From Candidatus Cloacimonadota bacterium (GTDB taxonomy: Bacteria; Cloacimonadota; Cloacimonadia; JGIOTU-2), in the NCBI GenBank assembly GCA_049903315.1, contig JBNGBT010000001.1:192001-256000 (forward strand): a stretch of 64,000 nt of DNA, in the 5' to 3' direction. The notes beneath the pieces were generated by a model, which was not told the origin of the DNA, did no database searches, and worked only from the letters and a program-made list of their open reading frames with translations. Position numbers and translations under genes: made by a program. Of this stretch, positions 1 through 8,475 are shown piece by piece. Each line of letters begins with the position of its first letter. Position 1 is the first letter of the stretch.

Positions 1-3000
1 TATTTCAGGAATATGAGCAAAACAAAACAATATTTGGTATTCACGACACCCAATTTTATTTTAAGAAGAATAATAACTATTACAATGTTTTGAATGCTTC
101 AATAGAAGAACCGATCGGACCGGCTGCAGGACCGCACACACAGCTTGCTCAGAATATTATTGTGTCATATCTTTGTGGGGGAAGATTCTTCGAGCTGAAA
201 ACTGTGCAGAAACTAGATGAACTTGAGATCGAGAAACCTTGTATAGATGCGCCGGACGAAGGATATAATACTGAGTGGTCGACCGAATTGACAGTCCCAC
301 AAGCGTATGACGAATATCTGAAAGCGTGGTTTGTGCTTCATATCATAAAAGAAGTGTTTAAGCTTTCGGAAAATGAGCAATCGGGATTCCTTTTCAATAT
401 GAGTGTGGGCTATGATCTCGCAGGCATTAAAACTAAAAAGATAGATGATTTTATAGAGCACCTTAAAAATGCCGAAAAAAATCCTTTATTTAATGAATAT
501 AAAAAAATTATTAGAAAATTTGCTCAGCACAATCCTGAATATTCAAAAAGTATCGAGGAAGTACTCTCAAAAATATTTCCTCTTATTTCTGATTCGATCA
601 CACTGTCCACAATGCATGGTTGCCCACCGGATGAAATCGAGTCAATTTGTGAATATCTTCTCACAGAGAAAAAACTGCACACATTTGTAAAACTGAATCC
701 GACACTGCTTGGTTATGACCGGGTTCGGGAAATCTTGGACGGACAGGGATTTTCCGATATTGCACTTCACCGCGATTCCTTTGAAAAAGACCTGCAGTTC
801 GATGCAGCAGTTCCCATGCTCATTCGTCTTATGAAGGTAGCTGAAGTTGAAAACAAGAAGTTTGGGGTGAAGCTCTCGAATACGCTTGCAGTCGGCAATA
901 ATGATACACGACTGCCTGGTGATGAGAAGTATATGTCCGGCAGAGCGCTGTATCCGATCACTATCACACTTGCTGCTGAGATCGCACATGCATTCGATGG
1001 AAAATTGCCAATCTCGTATTCCGGTGGTGCCTCATTTTGGAACATTGTCGATATATTGGAGACTGGTATCAAACCAATTACATTCGCCACAGTTCTGCTT
1101 AAACCGGGCGGGTATGTGCGTCTAAAGCAGCTTGCTGAAATAATCGAGAATAATCATATAGAAAATAAAATTTTTATTGATTTTAAGAGATTAAAAGAGT
1201 TAGCAGAGCGTGCTCTTACAAATCAGCAATTTACAAAAAGAGAATTTGCATCATCTGATTTGAAGATTAAAAAAGAATTAACTCCATTCGATTGTTTTAT
1301 AGCTCCCTGCAAAGAACGATGCCCGATCCATCAAGATGTACCGGAATACATTCGAGCAATCGAGGAAGAACGTTTTGATGATGCGCTGAAAATCATATAT
1401 GAAAAGAATCCTTTGCCTAATATCACAGGATATATCTGCGACCATCAATGCCAAACGAAGTGTGCGAGGTGGAATTACGAAAATTCTGTAGCGATACGGG
1501 AATTGAAAAAAGTAGCAGCAGAGAAAGGCACAGTTCGAAACCCGAAACTCGATACTCGAAACTCGGGTAAAAGTGTTGCCATTCTCGGTGCTGGTCCGGC
1601 AGGTTTAGCAGGGGCATATTTCTTAAGAAAATACGGATTTGAAGTGACCATTTTTGAAAAGGAAGCACATGCAGGCGGAACAGTTCGCAATGTGATACCT
1701 GATTTTAGAATACCGGATGATTTCATTCAAAAAGATATTGAATTCCTGGAAAGTTTAGGTGTCGAATTCCAATTTAATTATCAAAACGACGCTTTTCTTG
1801 AAGACTTCTCTGAACGTGGTTTCAATTATGTTGTTATTGGAATAGGAGCACATATTCCACGTATGTTGGATTGGTGTACTGAAAAAGAAAATGTATTTGA
1901 AGCACTCTCATTTTTGAGAGCACTGAAATCCGGAGATGAGATTACGCTTGGTAAAAAAGTCGCAATCATTGGTGGGGGAAATTCTGCTATGGATGCTGCC
2001 CGGGCAGCGAAGAGAGTTGCAGGTGTGCAAGAAGTATCGATTTTGTATCGACGTACAGAAGAATATATGCCGGCAGACAAAGAGGAATTTGATAATGCAC
2101 TCAATGAAGGGGTAGAATTTATAGAACTTATCAATCCCATTGATTTTGAGAACTCGCAGCTATTGTGCCAGAGAATGGAACTTGGCGATGCGGATGAAAG
2201 CGGACGAAGAACACCACTTCCGATTGAGAACGCACAGGAAATATATGAATTTAATTCGGTTGTTATGGCTATCGGCGAAGCTGTTGACCATGACCTTCTC
2301 GAACAAAATGGACTTGCGTTTGAAAAAGGAAAACCTGTTTACAATTTGGATACTCTTGAGACATCGATAGAGAATGTGTTTATCGGCGGCGATGCCTTAC
2401 GTGGACCTTCCACAGTGGTAGAGTCTATAGCAGATGGCAAACGGGCTGCTGAAGCCATTTTGGAGAAAGAGAAGATTATATTTAATGATGCGTCAGATAT
2501 AGAATTTGATAAAGTGAAGAGATTCGAGCAACTGATAACGCATCAGGGATATCTTCAAATAGAAAAAGAAGAGTTGCATTCTCCGGATGAGATAATAACA
2601 GAATCAAACAGGTGCCTGCAATGCGATTTCCTCTGTGCAAAATGTGTAGAAGTGTGTCCAAATAGGGCAAATGTACTAATAAATCTGATTGGAGAAGATC
2701 ATCCTTTCAAAAATGATTTCCAGATAGTTCATATTGATGATTTCTGCAATGAATGTGGAAACTGCGCTACATTCTGTCCATATGATAATGGAAAACCATA
2801 TAAAGAGAAATTTACACTTTACTGCTCCGAGAGGTCTTTCATAGAAAGCTCTAATGATGGTGTCATTTTCAATAATACTCATTTGAAAGTGAGAATAAGT
2901 GATTGTGTATATGAAGGAAATGTGAGCAAGAATAAAATTCAGTGGCATTCAAGGATTAATATTGAAAATCTTGACCGTATTGAATACATTTTAAAAAAAA

Positions 3001-3023
3001 TATACGAGAGTTATCTCATTTAG
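1..3023 (+). CDS. ygfK: YgfK-type flavin/Fe-S oxidoreductase ('putative selenate reductase subunit'), 5'-partial
   Basis: The frame is open from the window start (FQEYEQNKTIFGI...). Motifs: GPAAGPHTQLAQN, TLSTMHGCPP, VKLNPTLLG, MSGRAL, CPIHQDVPEY, GAGPAGL, GGGNSAMDAAR, and C-terminal ferredoxin CxxCxxxCP (CNECGNCATFCP). Confidence 0.92.
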   Translation, partial: FQEYEQNKTIFGIHDTQFYFKKNNNYYNVLNASIEEPIGPAAGPHTQLAQNIIVSYLCGGRFFELKTVQKLDELEIEKPCIDAPDEGYNTEWSTELTVPQAYDEYLKAWFVLHIIKEVFKLSENEQSGFLFNMSVGYDLAGIKTKKIDDFIEHLKNAEKNPLFNEYKKIIRKFAQHNPEYSKSIEEVLSKIFPLISDSITLSTMHGCPPDEIESICEYLLTEKKLHTFVKLNPTLLGYDRVREILDGQGFSDIALHRDSFEKDLQFDAAVPMLIRLMKVAEVENKKFGVKLSNTLAVGNNDTRLPGDEKYMSGRALYPITITLAAEIAHAFDGKLPISYSGGASFWNIVDILETGIKPITFATVLLKPGGYVRLKQLAEIIENNHIENKIFIDFKRLKELAERALTNQQFTKREFASSDLKIKKELTPFDCFIAPCKERCPIHQDVPEYIRAIEEERFDDALKIIYEKNPLPNITGYICDHQCQTKCARWNYENSVAIRELKKVAAEKGTVRNPKLDTRNSGKSVAILGAGPAGLAGAYFLRKYGFEVTIFEKEAHAGGTVRNVIPDFRIPDDFIQKDIEFLESLGVEFQFNYQNDAFLEDFSERGFNYVVIGIGAHIPRMLDWCTEKENVFEALSFLRALKSGDEITLGKKVAIIGGGNSAMDAARAAKRVAGVQEVSILYRRTEEYMPADKEEFDNALNEGVEFIELINPIDFENSQLLCQRMELGDADESGRRTPLPIENAQEIYEFNSVVMAIGEAVDHDLLEQNGLAFEKGKPVYNLDTLETSIENVFIGGDALRGPSTVVESIADGKRAAEAILEKEKIIFNDASDIEFDKVKRFEQLITHQGYLQIEKEELHSPDEIITESNRCLQCDFLCAKCVEVCPNRANVLINLIGEDHPFKNDFQIVHIDDFCNECGNCATFCPYDNGKPYKEKFTLYCSERSFIESSNDGVIFNNTHLKVRISDCVYEGNVSKNKIQWHSRINIENLDRIEYILKKIYESYLI
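1535..1565 (+). repeat. Tandem 7-mer repeat (tcgaaac)x4, in frame inside ygfK
   Basis: tcgaaac-ccgaaac-tcgatac-tcgaaac-tcg, encoding RNPKLDTRNS. Confidence 0.7.
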
Positions 3024-3071
3024 TTTTGAGATGTCATGAAACGACCCATGACTGTAAAACCAGAGGAATCT

Positions 3072-3269
3072 ATGGCTGAAGATGTAAAAATTGCATGTGA
3101 AAATTGTGTCTACTGGCACAATCGTCATTGCGAGAATTTCTCATCCAAATGGATGGGAATGGTCACCGCAAAGAATCAAAACTGCGGTTATTTCAAACAA
3201 AAACCTAAAAAGAAGGAAGAAAAAAAAGAAACCAAATCAGAAGAATCTTCTGAAAAAAATGAAAAGTAA
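3072..3269 (+). CDS. Small Cys-rich hypothetical protein with Lys/Glu-rich tail
   Basis: GAGGA RBS before ATG 3072 (ORF track starts at 3036); CENCVYW...C...CGYF four-Cys pattern. Confidence 0.55.
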   Translation: MAEDVKIACENCVYWHNRHCENFSSKWMGMVTAKNQNCGYFKQKPKKKEEKKETKSEESSEKNEK

Positions 3270-3283
3270 GAAAGGAAGGTCAC

Positions 3284-3793
3284 ATGGCAAAGACAATTGG
3301 TAAAGGTTCATGGATAATTACGTTAAAAGGGATAGTTGCGTTAATTTTTGGATTAATCGCACTTTTTTATCCCGGAATGACTCTTGCTGTGCTCACACAG
3401 GTTTTTGGATTTATGCTTCTTATTGCGGGTGTTGTCTTTATTGTTGGAGCGATATTTCATACAAAGCATAATAAGAGCTGGAGTTCATGGCTTTTTGAAG
3501 GTATTATCGATCTCATAATGGGATTGATCATCATTGCATTCCCGATTTTTGCTGTTGGTGCATTTATGATCTTGATTGCTATCTGGGCTCTTATTATGGG
3601 GATTTGGAGGATTTATCTTGCATTTAAATTCACATCTCAACGAGGAATATTGCTATTCGGTGGAATTATTTCTCTCATTTTTGGTATTCTTGTCCTTATT
3701 AATCCCTTTGCAGGTGCAGGAGCAATAATGATCGTGATCGGTATCTGGGCAATTATTTTCGGACTTTCAGTGATTTTCCGATCATTTAACTAA
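3284..3793 (+). CDS. HdeD/DUF308 family membrane protein
   Basis: About six hydrophobic helices with repeated GI-LIFGL / G-LVLINP motifs. Confidence 0.85.
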   Translation: MAKTIGKGSWIITLKGIVALIFGLIALFYPGMTLAVLTQVFGFMLLIAGVVFIVGAIFHTKHNKSWSSWLFEGIIDLIMGLIIIAFPIFAVGAFMILIAIWALIMGIWRIYLAFKFTSQRGILLFGGIISLIFGILVLINPFAGAGAIMIVIGIWAIIFGLSVIFRSFN

Positions 3794-3827
3794 GTATTTA
3801 ATAAAACGTATTCATGAATAATCTCGG

Positions 3828-3974
3828 AAGCTGGGGCTTACACAGTTATGTGCTTTACCAATTTAGGAATTGGTAAAGAGCAGAGCAGGAATAGAGGATT
3901 TATATTGAGTATAAAAGGTTGGTTTTATACATCAATGCCCACCCTCTCTTTACCAAGCCCCAGCTTGGTAAAGC
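3828..3974. repeat. REP doublet (REPIN-like), left of RAYT
   Basis: Hairpins ctttaccaatttaggaattggtaaag(ag) at 3853-3880 and (ct)ctttaccaagccccagcttggtaaag at 3946-3973 are in inverted orientation; a core aagctggggctt lies at 3828-3839. Confidence 0.85.
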
Positions 3975-3992
3975 AAGCTGAGTGATATTGAT

Positions 3993-4532
3993 ATGAGAAG
4001 CTCTTACAGATTCTCAGAAGATGCGTCTGAGCTTTATTTTGTGACATTTACAATTGTTGAATGGATACCGATATTTATAAAACAGAGATATTGCGATATC
4101 ATTATTCGCAATCTGGAATTCTATAGAAGAGAACAAGGACTAAGGATTCATTACCTTGTAATAATGCCTGAGCATATCCATATTATTTTGTCTTCCGAAA
4201 AAGATGTTGGGAATATAATTCATAACTTAAAAAGTTATACAGCAAAAGATATAATATTTAGCTTGAAAAATGACAAACATAAATGGATTTTAAATTTATT
4301 GAAGTATTATAAGAAACAGCATAAAGCTCAGTCAGAATATCAACTATGGCAAGAAGGAAGCCATCCAGAAATGATTATCTCCGAGAAGATGCTTATACAA
4401 AAGATAGAGTATATACATTTCAATCCAGTGAAGGCAGGATTAGTTAGAGAACCTGAAGATTGGATATATTCTAGTGCGAGTTATTTTGCAGGTAAAGATT
4501 CGATAATGGAATTTGATGAGATTGAATTATAG
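3993..4532 (+). mobile_element. REP-associated tyrosine transposase (RAYT, Y1 HUH family)
   Basis: YFVTFTIVEW, HUH motif IMPEHIHII, LWQEGSHP, catalytic YIHFNPVKAGLV, W-YSSA; flanked by REP palindromes. Confidence 0.92.
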
Positions 4533-4575
4533 TTATTGAGAATGTGGTGCTTCTTTTATATCATTTGTCTTGTAG

Positions 4576-4679
4576 AAGCGGGGGCTTGTACTTTACCAAC
4601 TAAGGAGTTGGTAAAGAGTATGAAAATATATGAAATAAATATCTATTAAATCTCTTTACCAAGCCCCAGCTTGGTAAAG
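4576..4679. repeat. REP doublet (REPIN-like), right of RAYT
   Basis: aagcgggggctt at 4576-4587; ctttaccaactaaggagttggtaaagag at 4591-4618; ctctttaccaagccccagcttggtaaag at 4652-4679 (identical to 3946-3973). Confidence 0.85.
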
Positions 4680-4954
4680 AAGGAGTTACATACATCGAAT
4701 AATTTGACATAAAATACATGCATCAAAATAAACTTGATTTTCTAAATTTACAAGGAGATGCTGGATAATGAATACTGGCAGTAGCGGTTACAGTATATTG
4801 ATCTTGATCTACAAGACAAGGCGATTGTCCTGTATTTTCTAGCGCAGGAACACCTTCTTAATTACGATACAGCACAATAATAATATCAAAAAATATATTA
4901 GATCCGTAATTACATTATATGTATATGTATTTTTATCGGATCAAGGAGTAAAAA

Positions 4955-6031
4955 ATGCGAACAAATAAATTCTTGGGCAGAGATTGGCTCAGCCCTGAAA
5001 TCGACTACACAAAAGAAGAATGGGAATCAATGCTTCGGCTTGCAGAAGAGTTGAAAACACGTTATGCAATTAACGAAGATACTTCTCATATTCTTAAAGG
5101 GAAAACACTTTATACAATGTTTTTCAACAGCTCGCTTCGAACAAGAAGCACATTTGCTGCAGGCATTCAGCAGCTTGGTGGATATCACGTAGATCTTGAA
5201 CCGGGAAAGACATACACACCGGCAAGAAAGGGTTTTGAAATACCCTATAAAACAGAACGAATCTGCGACGTTGCACAGGTGCTTAGCAGAACAGGCGACG
5301 CAATAGCGATCCGTATGTATGGTGCTCCCTCACAATGGATATATGGTTTTGCTCATGAAACTATGAAGGAATTTGCCTATTACTCAGATATTCCAATCAT
5401 TAATATGGAGTGTGACAAATATCATCCATGCCAGGCATTGGCTGACATGCTCACGATCAAAGAAAAATTCCATGAATTCAAAGGGAAGAAATTCGTCATA
5501 AGCTGGGCATATTCCGGTTCAACTTCTAAGCCCTTTGCTGTTCCTCAAAGTCTTGCACTTGCACCTTCGCTACTTGGAATGGATGTAGTTCTTGCACGTC
5601 CCAAAGGATTCGAACTCGATCCTGAAGTAACAAAGAAATGCCATGAATATGCTGCACAGAACGGTAGCACCTTTGAAGAAACAGATGATATGGAAGCCGC
5701 ATTTGAAGGCGCACATGTTGTGTATCCGAAATCATGGGGAGCGCTTCCTTACTTTGCTCAAGTCGATAAGAATGGCAAAAAGGTCAAAGAAGAAAACCTC
5801 GCTGGAATGAAAGATCTTTTCGAGAAAAACAAGCACTGGATCTGCGATGAAAAGAAAATGAAGCTCATCGATAAGAATGGTGTTTACATGCATTGCTTAC
5901 CTGCAGACCGAGATATGGAAGTTACTGATGCCGTGATCGATGGACCTCAGAGTGTTGTCTATGACGAAGCTGAAAACCGTCTTCATGCTCAGAAAGCGAT
6001 CATGACACTTCTCATGGGCGGAAGATTGTAA
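4955..6031 (+). CDS. Knotted-type carbamoyltransferase, YgeW-like
   Basis: SLRTR carbamoyl-phosphate motif, HPCQ, HCLPAD, AENRLH; the loop WAYSGSTSKPFAVPQ and VYPKSW resemble YgeW. Confidence 0.85.
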   Translation: MRTNKFLGRDWLSPEIDYTKEEWESMLRLAEELKTRYAINEDTSHILKGKTLYTMFFNSSLRTRSTFAAGIQQLGGYHVDLEPGKTYTPARKGFEIPYKTERICDVAQVLSRTGDAIAIRMYGAPSQWIYGFAHETMKEFAYYSDIPIINMECDKYHPCQALADMLTIKEKFHEFKGKKFVISWAYSGSTSKPFAVPQSLALAPSLLGMDVVLARPKGFELDPEVTKKCHEYAAQNGSTFEETDDMEAAFEGAHVVYPKSWGALPYFAQVDKNGKKVKEENLAGMKDLFEKNKHWICDEKKMKLIDKNGVYMHCLPADRDMEVTDAVIDGPQSVVYDEAENRLHAQKAIMTLLMGGRL

Positions 6032-6053
6032 ATTTAAAATGTAAATAAAAAAT

Positions 6054-6204
6054 GAACCACGAAAGTCACGAAAAGCACAAAAAATATTCTCAACTTGATT
6101 TTCATAAATTCCATAGGATGAGATTGTAAGAGTTCAAATAAATTTATGACTCTTATAAATAATATTAGTTACTTCTTTCGTGAATTTTGTGTATTTCGTG
6201 GTTC
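6054..6204. repeat. Inverted pair of ~9-nt-period repeats (MITE/REP-like)
   Basis: Left arm gaaccacgaaagtcacgaaaagcacaaaa (from 6054); the right arm 6176-6204 reverse-complements to gaaccacgaaatacacaaaattcacgaaa. Confidence 0.75.
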
Positions 6205-6224
6205 CGAATTAAATAGGAGAAAAA

Positions 6225-7262
6225 ATGTTAATAGATTTAAAAGGGAAAGATGTTATCTGTAGCCAAGAACTTACACTGCCTCAGATTGAGGCGCTTCTTA
6301 AGCTTGCAAAAGAAATGAAGGCAGATCGGTTCGGTGATAAATATATTGAACTGTTGAAGGATCGAACATTCTTGATGTTTTTCTTTAACCCTTCATTACG
6401 TACACGTATTTCTTTTGAAGCAGCTGCGACTGAACTCGGCGGTCATGCTCAATTTCTCGAACCAAAAACAATGCGTCTAAAAAAAACAAGCAAAGGTGTA
6501 GAAGTTCAGGCAGGAGAAACGATCGAAGATGCAGCTCAGGTTCTAGATCGATATGCGTGCGGAATGGGTATCAGGATTCTTGAAACCTCAGTAGAAAATT
6601 ACGGTGATGGAGATGCACTGTTGCGTGAATACGCTCGCTGGATGGATGCTCCGATCATTAATATGGCTGATGATAAGTATCATCCATGCCAGGGATTATC
6701 AGATGTGATGGGCATGCAGGAGCACAAAGGCGATCTAACAGGAAAAACTGTTCTCATGACTTGGGCACACGGCGCTCTTGCACGTTCCTATTGCTCGGTG
6801 CATGAGAATCTTTTGATAACCTCACGATTGGGAATGAATGTTCGCCTTGCGTATCCTGAGAGATATGATCTGCCAGAAGAAGAAATAGAAAAAGTCCGCA
6901 TGAACTGCAAATTGAATAATAAGAAATTTGAGATCTGCCACGATCCCGATGAAGCATATACGGCTGATGTTGAGTTTGTGTACTCCCGAAACTGGTTTGG
7001 ACCGGATTTCTATGAAATAGGTAAAGAAGCTGAGATCGGAAGGGCGAGTAAACTCACAAACTGGATTTGCACTGAAGAGAGAATGAAGCGCACAAACAAC
7101 GGACTATTTGTACATCCCATGCCGGTTGATCGGGGCAAAGAAGTAACCGACGAAGTTGCAAGCGGTCCTCGATCCATTATAGTTGATATCGCAGAAAACC
7201 GCCTTCATACCCAGAAAGCAATCATGGCAATGACGATTGCGGGGATGAAGGTTGAAATTTGA
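6225..7262 (+). CDS. Second, divergent carbamoyltransferase (OTCase/ATCase superfamily)
   Basis: SLRTR, HPCQ, AENRLH; has HPMP instead of HCLP, and a divergent acceptor loop WAHGALARSYCSVHEN. Confidence 0.85.
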   Translation: MLIDLKGKDVICSQELTLPQIEALLKLAKEMKADRFGDKYIELLKDRTFLMFFFNPSLRTRISFEAAATELGGHAQFLEPKTMRLKKTSKGVEVQAGETIEDAAQVLDRYACGMGIRILETSVENYGDGDALLREYARWMDAPIINMADDKYHPCQGLSDVMGMQEHKGDLTGKTVLMTWAHGALARSYCSVHENLLITSRLGMNVRLAYPERYDLPEEEIEKVRMNCKLNNKKFEICHDPDEAYTADVEFVYSRNWFGPDFYEIGKEAEIGRASKLTNWICTEERMKRTNNGLFVHPMPVDRGKEVTDEVASGPRSIIVDIAENRLHTQKAIMAMTIAGMKVEI

Positions 7263-7290
7263 AATAATACTGAAAACAATAATATATGAA

Positions 7291-7358
7291 ACCACAGAGA
7301 ACACAGAAAGAACCGAGAAAATCTCCTCTTGAGAGGAGTACTCCGCTTGCTGGCGGAG
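7291..7358. repeat. 9-mer repeat followed by two GC-rich hairpins
   Basis: accacagagaacacagaaagaaccgaga (7291-7318); ctcctct-tg-agaggag (7323-7338); ctccgc-ttgctg-gcggag (7341-7358). Confidence 0.6.
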
Positions 7359-7468
7359 GGAGGTATGTTTTATATAATATTTTCGAAAGAAAGTTATGCT
7401 TAATATGATATTTAATGATTTCATGTTTTAAGTTGATATTTACAATTTTATAAAATGGAGATAAAACA

Positions 7469-8440
7469 ATGACTGAAGATAAACGAAAACTCGTTGTCAT
7501 CGCACTTGGTGGCAATGCAATAAAACAGGCAGATGAAAAGGGCACAGCTGAAGAACAGTTCAATAATGTTGCAATTACGTGTGAGCAGCTTATCAGGATG
7601 AATGCCCTCAACTATAAACTGATTATAACTCATGGAAACGGACCACAGGCAGGTAATCTGCTTATACAACAGGAAGAAGCAAAGAATCTTGTCCCGCCAC
7701 AACCGCTCGATGTTGTTGGTGCAATGACGCAAGGTCAGATCGGGTATATGTTCCAGAATATTTTAAGGGACTATTTCCTCAGAAAAGGGAAAGATATTCC
7801 CATCACTACAGTTGTCACACAAGTGCTTGTGGATGAGAACGATCCTGATTTTAAGGATCCCTCTAAACCTGTTGGACCATTCTATCCAAAAGAAGTTGCA
7901 CTGGAGTTGAAAGAGAAAAAAGGGTATGTGGTAAAACAAGTTAAGCCAAATGGTGAAAAGACCTGGCGTCGTGTCGTTCCATCCCCTGAACCGATCAGAA
8001 TTATTGAAGCAGACTGCATCCGAGCGCTTGTAGCAGCACGTGCAATTATCATTGCTTCAGGTGGCGGGGGGGTGCCGGTCAAAAAGAATCCTGATGGAAC
8101 TTTTAGCGGACTCGAAGCAGTTATTGATAAAGATAAAGCCGGAAATGTACTCGCTCAAGCCGTTGATGCAGATATTTTCCTGATACTGACTGATGTACAG
8201 CATGCATGCATAAACTATGGCAAACCTGATGAAAAAACTCTGGCAGAAATCACCGTTGAAGAAGCCGAAAAGTATCTTGCCGAAGGTCACTTCCTTGCCG
8301 GCAGTATGGGACCGAAGATGCAGGCAGCAATACGCTTTGTAAAAGAAGGTGGAGATAAAGCGATCATCACATCCCTCGATCATGCAGTTGATGCGCTGGA
8401 AGGCAGGACCGGGACGATAATAAGAAAAAGACTCAAATAA
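7469..8440 (+). CDS. arcC: Carbamate kinase
   Basis: VIALGGNAI, THGNGPQ, TQGQIGY, KPVGPFY, RRVVPSP, GGGGVPV, VIDKD, GSMGPK. Confidence 0.95.
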   Translation: MTEDKRKLVVIALGGNAIKQADEKGTAEEQFNNVAITCEQLIRMNALNYKLIITHGNGPQAGNLLIQQEEAKNLVPPQPLDVVGAMTQGQIGYMFQNILRDYFLRKGKDIPITTVVTQVLVDENDPDFKDPSKPVGPFYPKEVALELKEKKGYVVKQVKPNGEKTWRRVVPSPEPIRIIEADCIRALVAARAIIIASGGGGVPVKKNPDGTFSGLEAVIDKDKAGNVLAQAVDADIFLILTDVQHACINYGKPDEKTLAEITVEEAEKYLAEGHFLAGSMGPKMQAAIRFVKEGGDKAIITSLDHAVDALEGRTGTIIRKRLK

Positions 8441-8455
8441 TGAGTCTTTTTCTTA
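8421..8455. terminator. Bidirectional hairpin terminator between convergent genes
   Basis: Perfect 15-bp inverted repeat taagaaaaagactca-aataa-tgagtctttttctta spanning the arcC stop codon. Confidence 0.7.
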
Positions 8456-8475
8456 AAGATTTTTAAATTCTGTAT

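Noticed and set aside
1..3023. Selenocysteine recoding in YgfK or the Xdh subunits
   Set aside because: No in-frame TGA interrupts these ORFs. The 'selenate reductase' label is only a family annotation.
3828..4679. Palindromic repeats as a CRISPR array or IS200/IS605 ends
   Set aside because: Only four copies, in alternating orientation, with no regular spacers, no cas genes and no tnpB. The pattern fits RAYT/REP.
4758..4880. Alternative frame MLDNEYWQ-TAG-RLQYID... as amber readthrough
   Set aside because: The RBS has zero spacing to that ATG, the product is short with no recognisable homology, and TAG is a normal stop elsewhere in the window.
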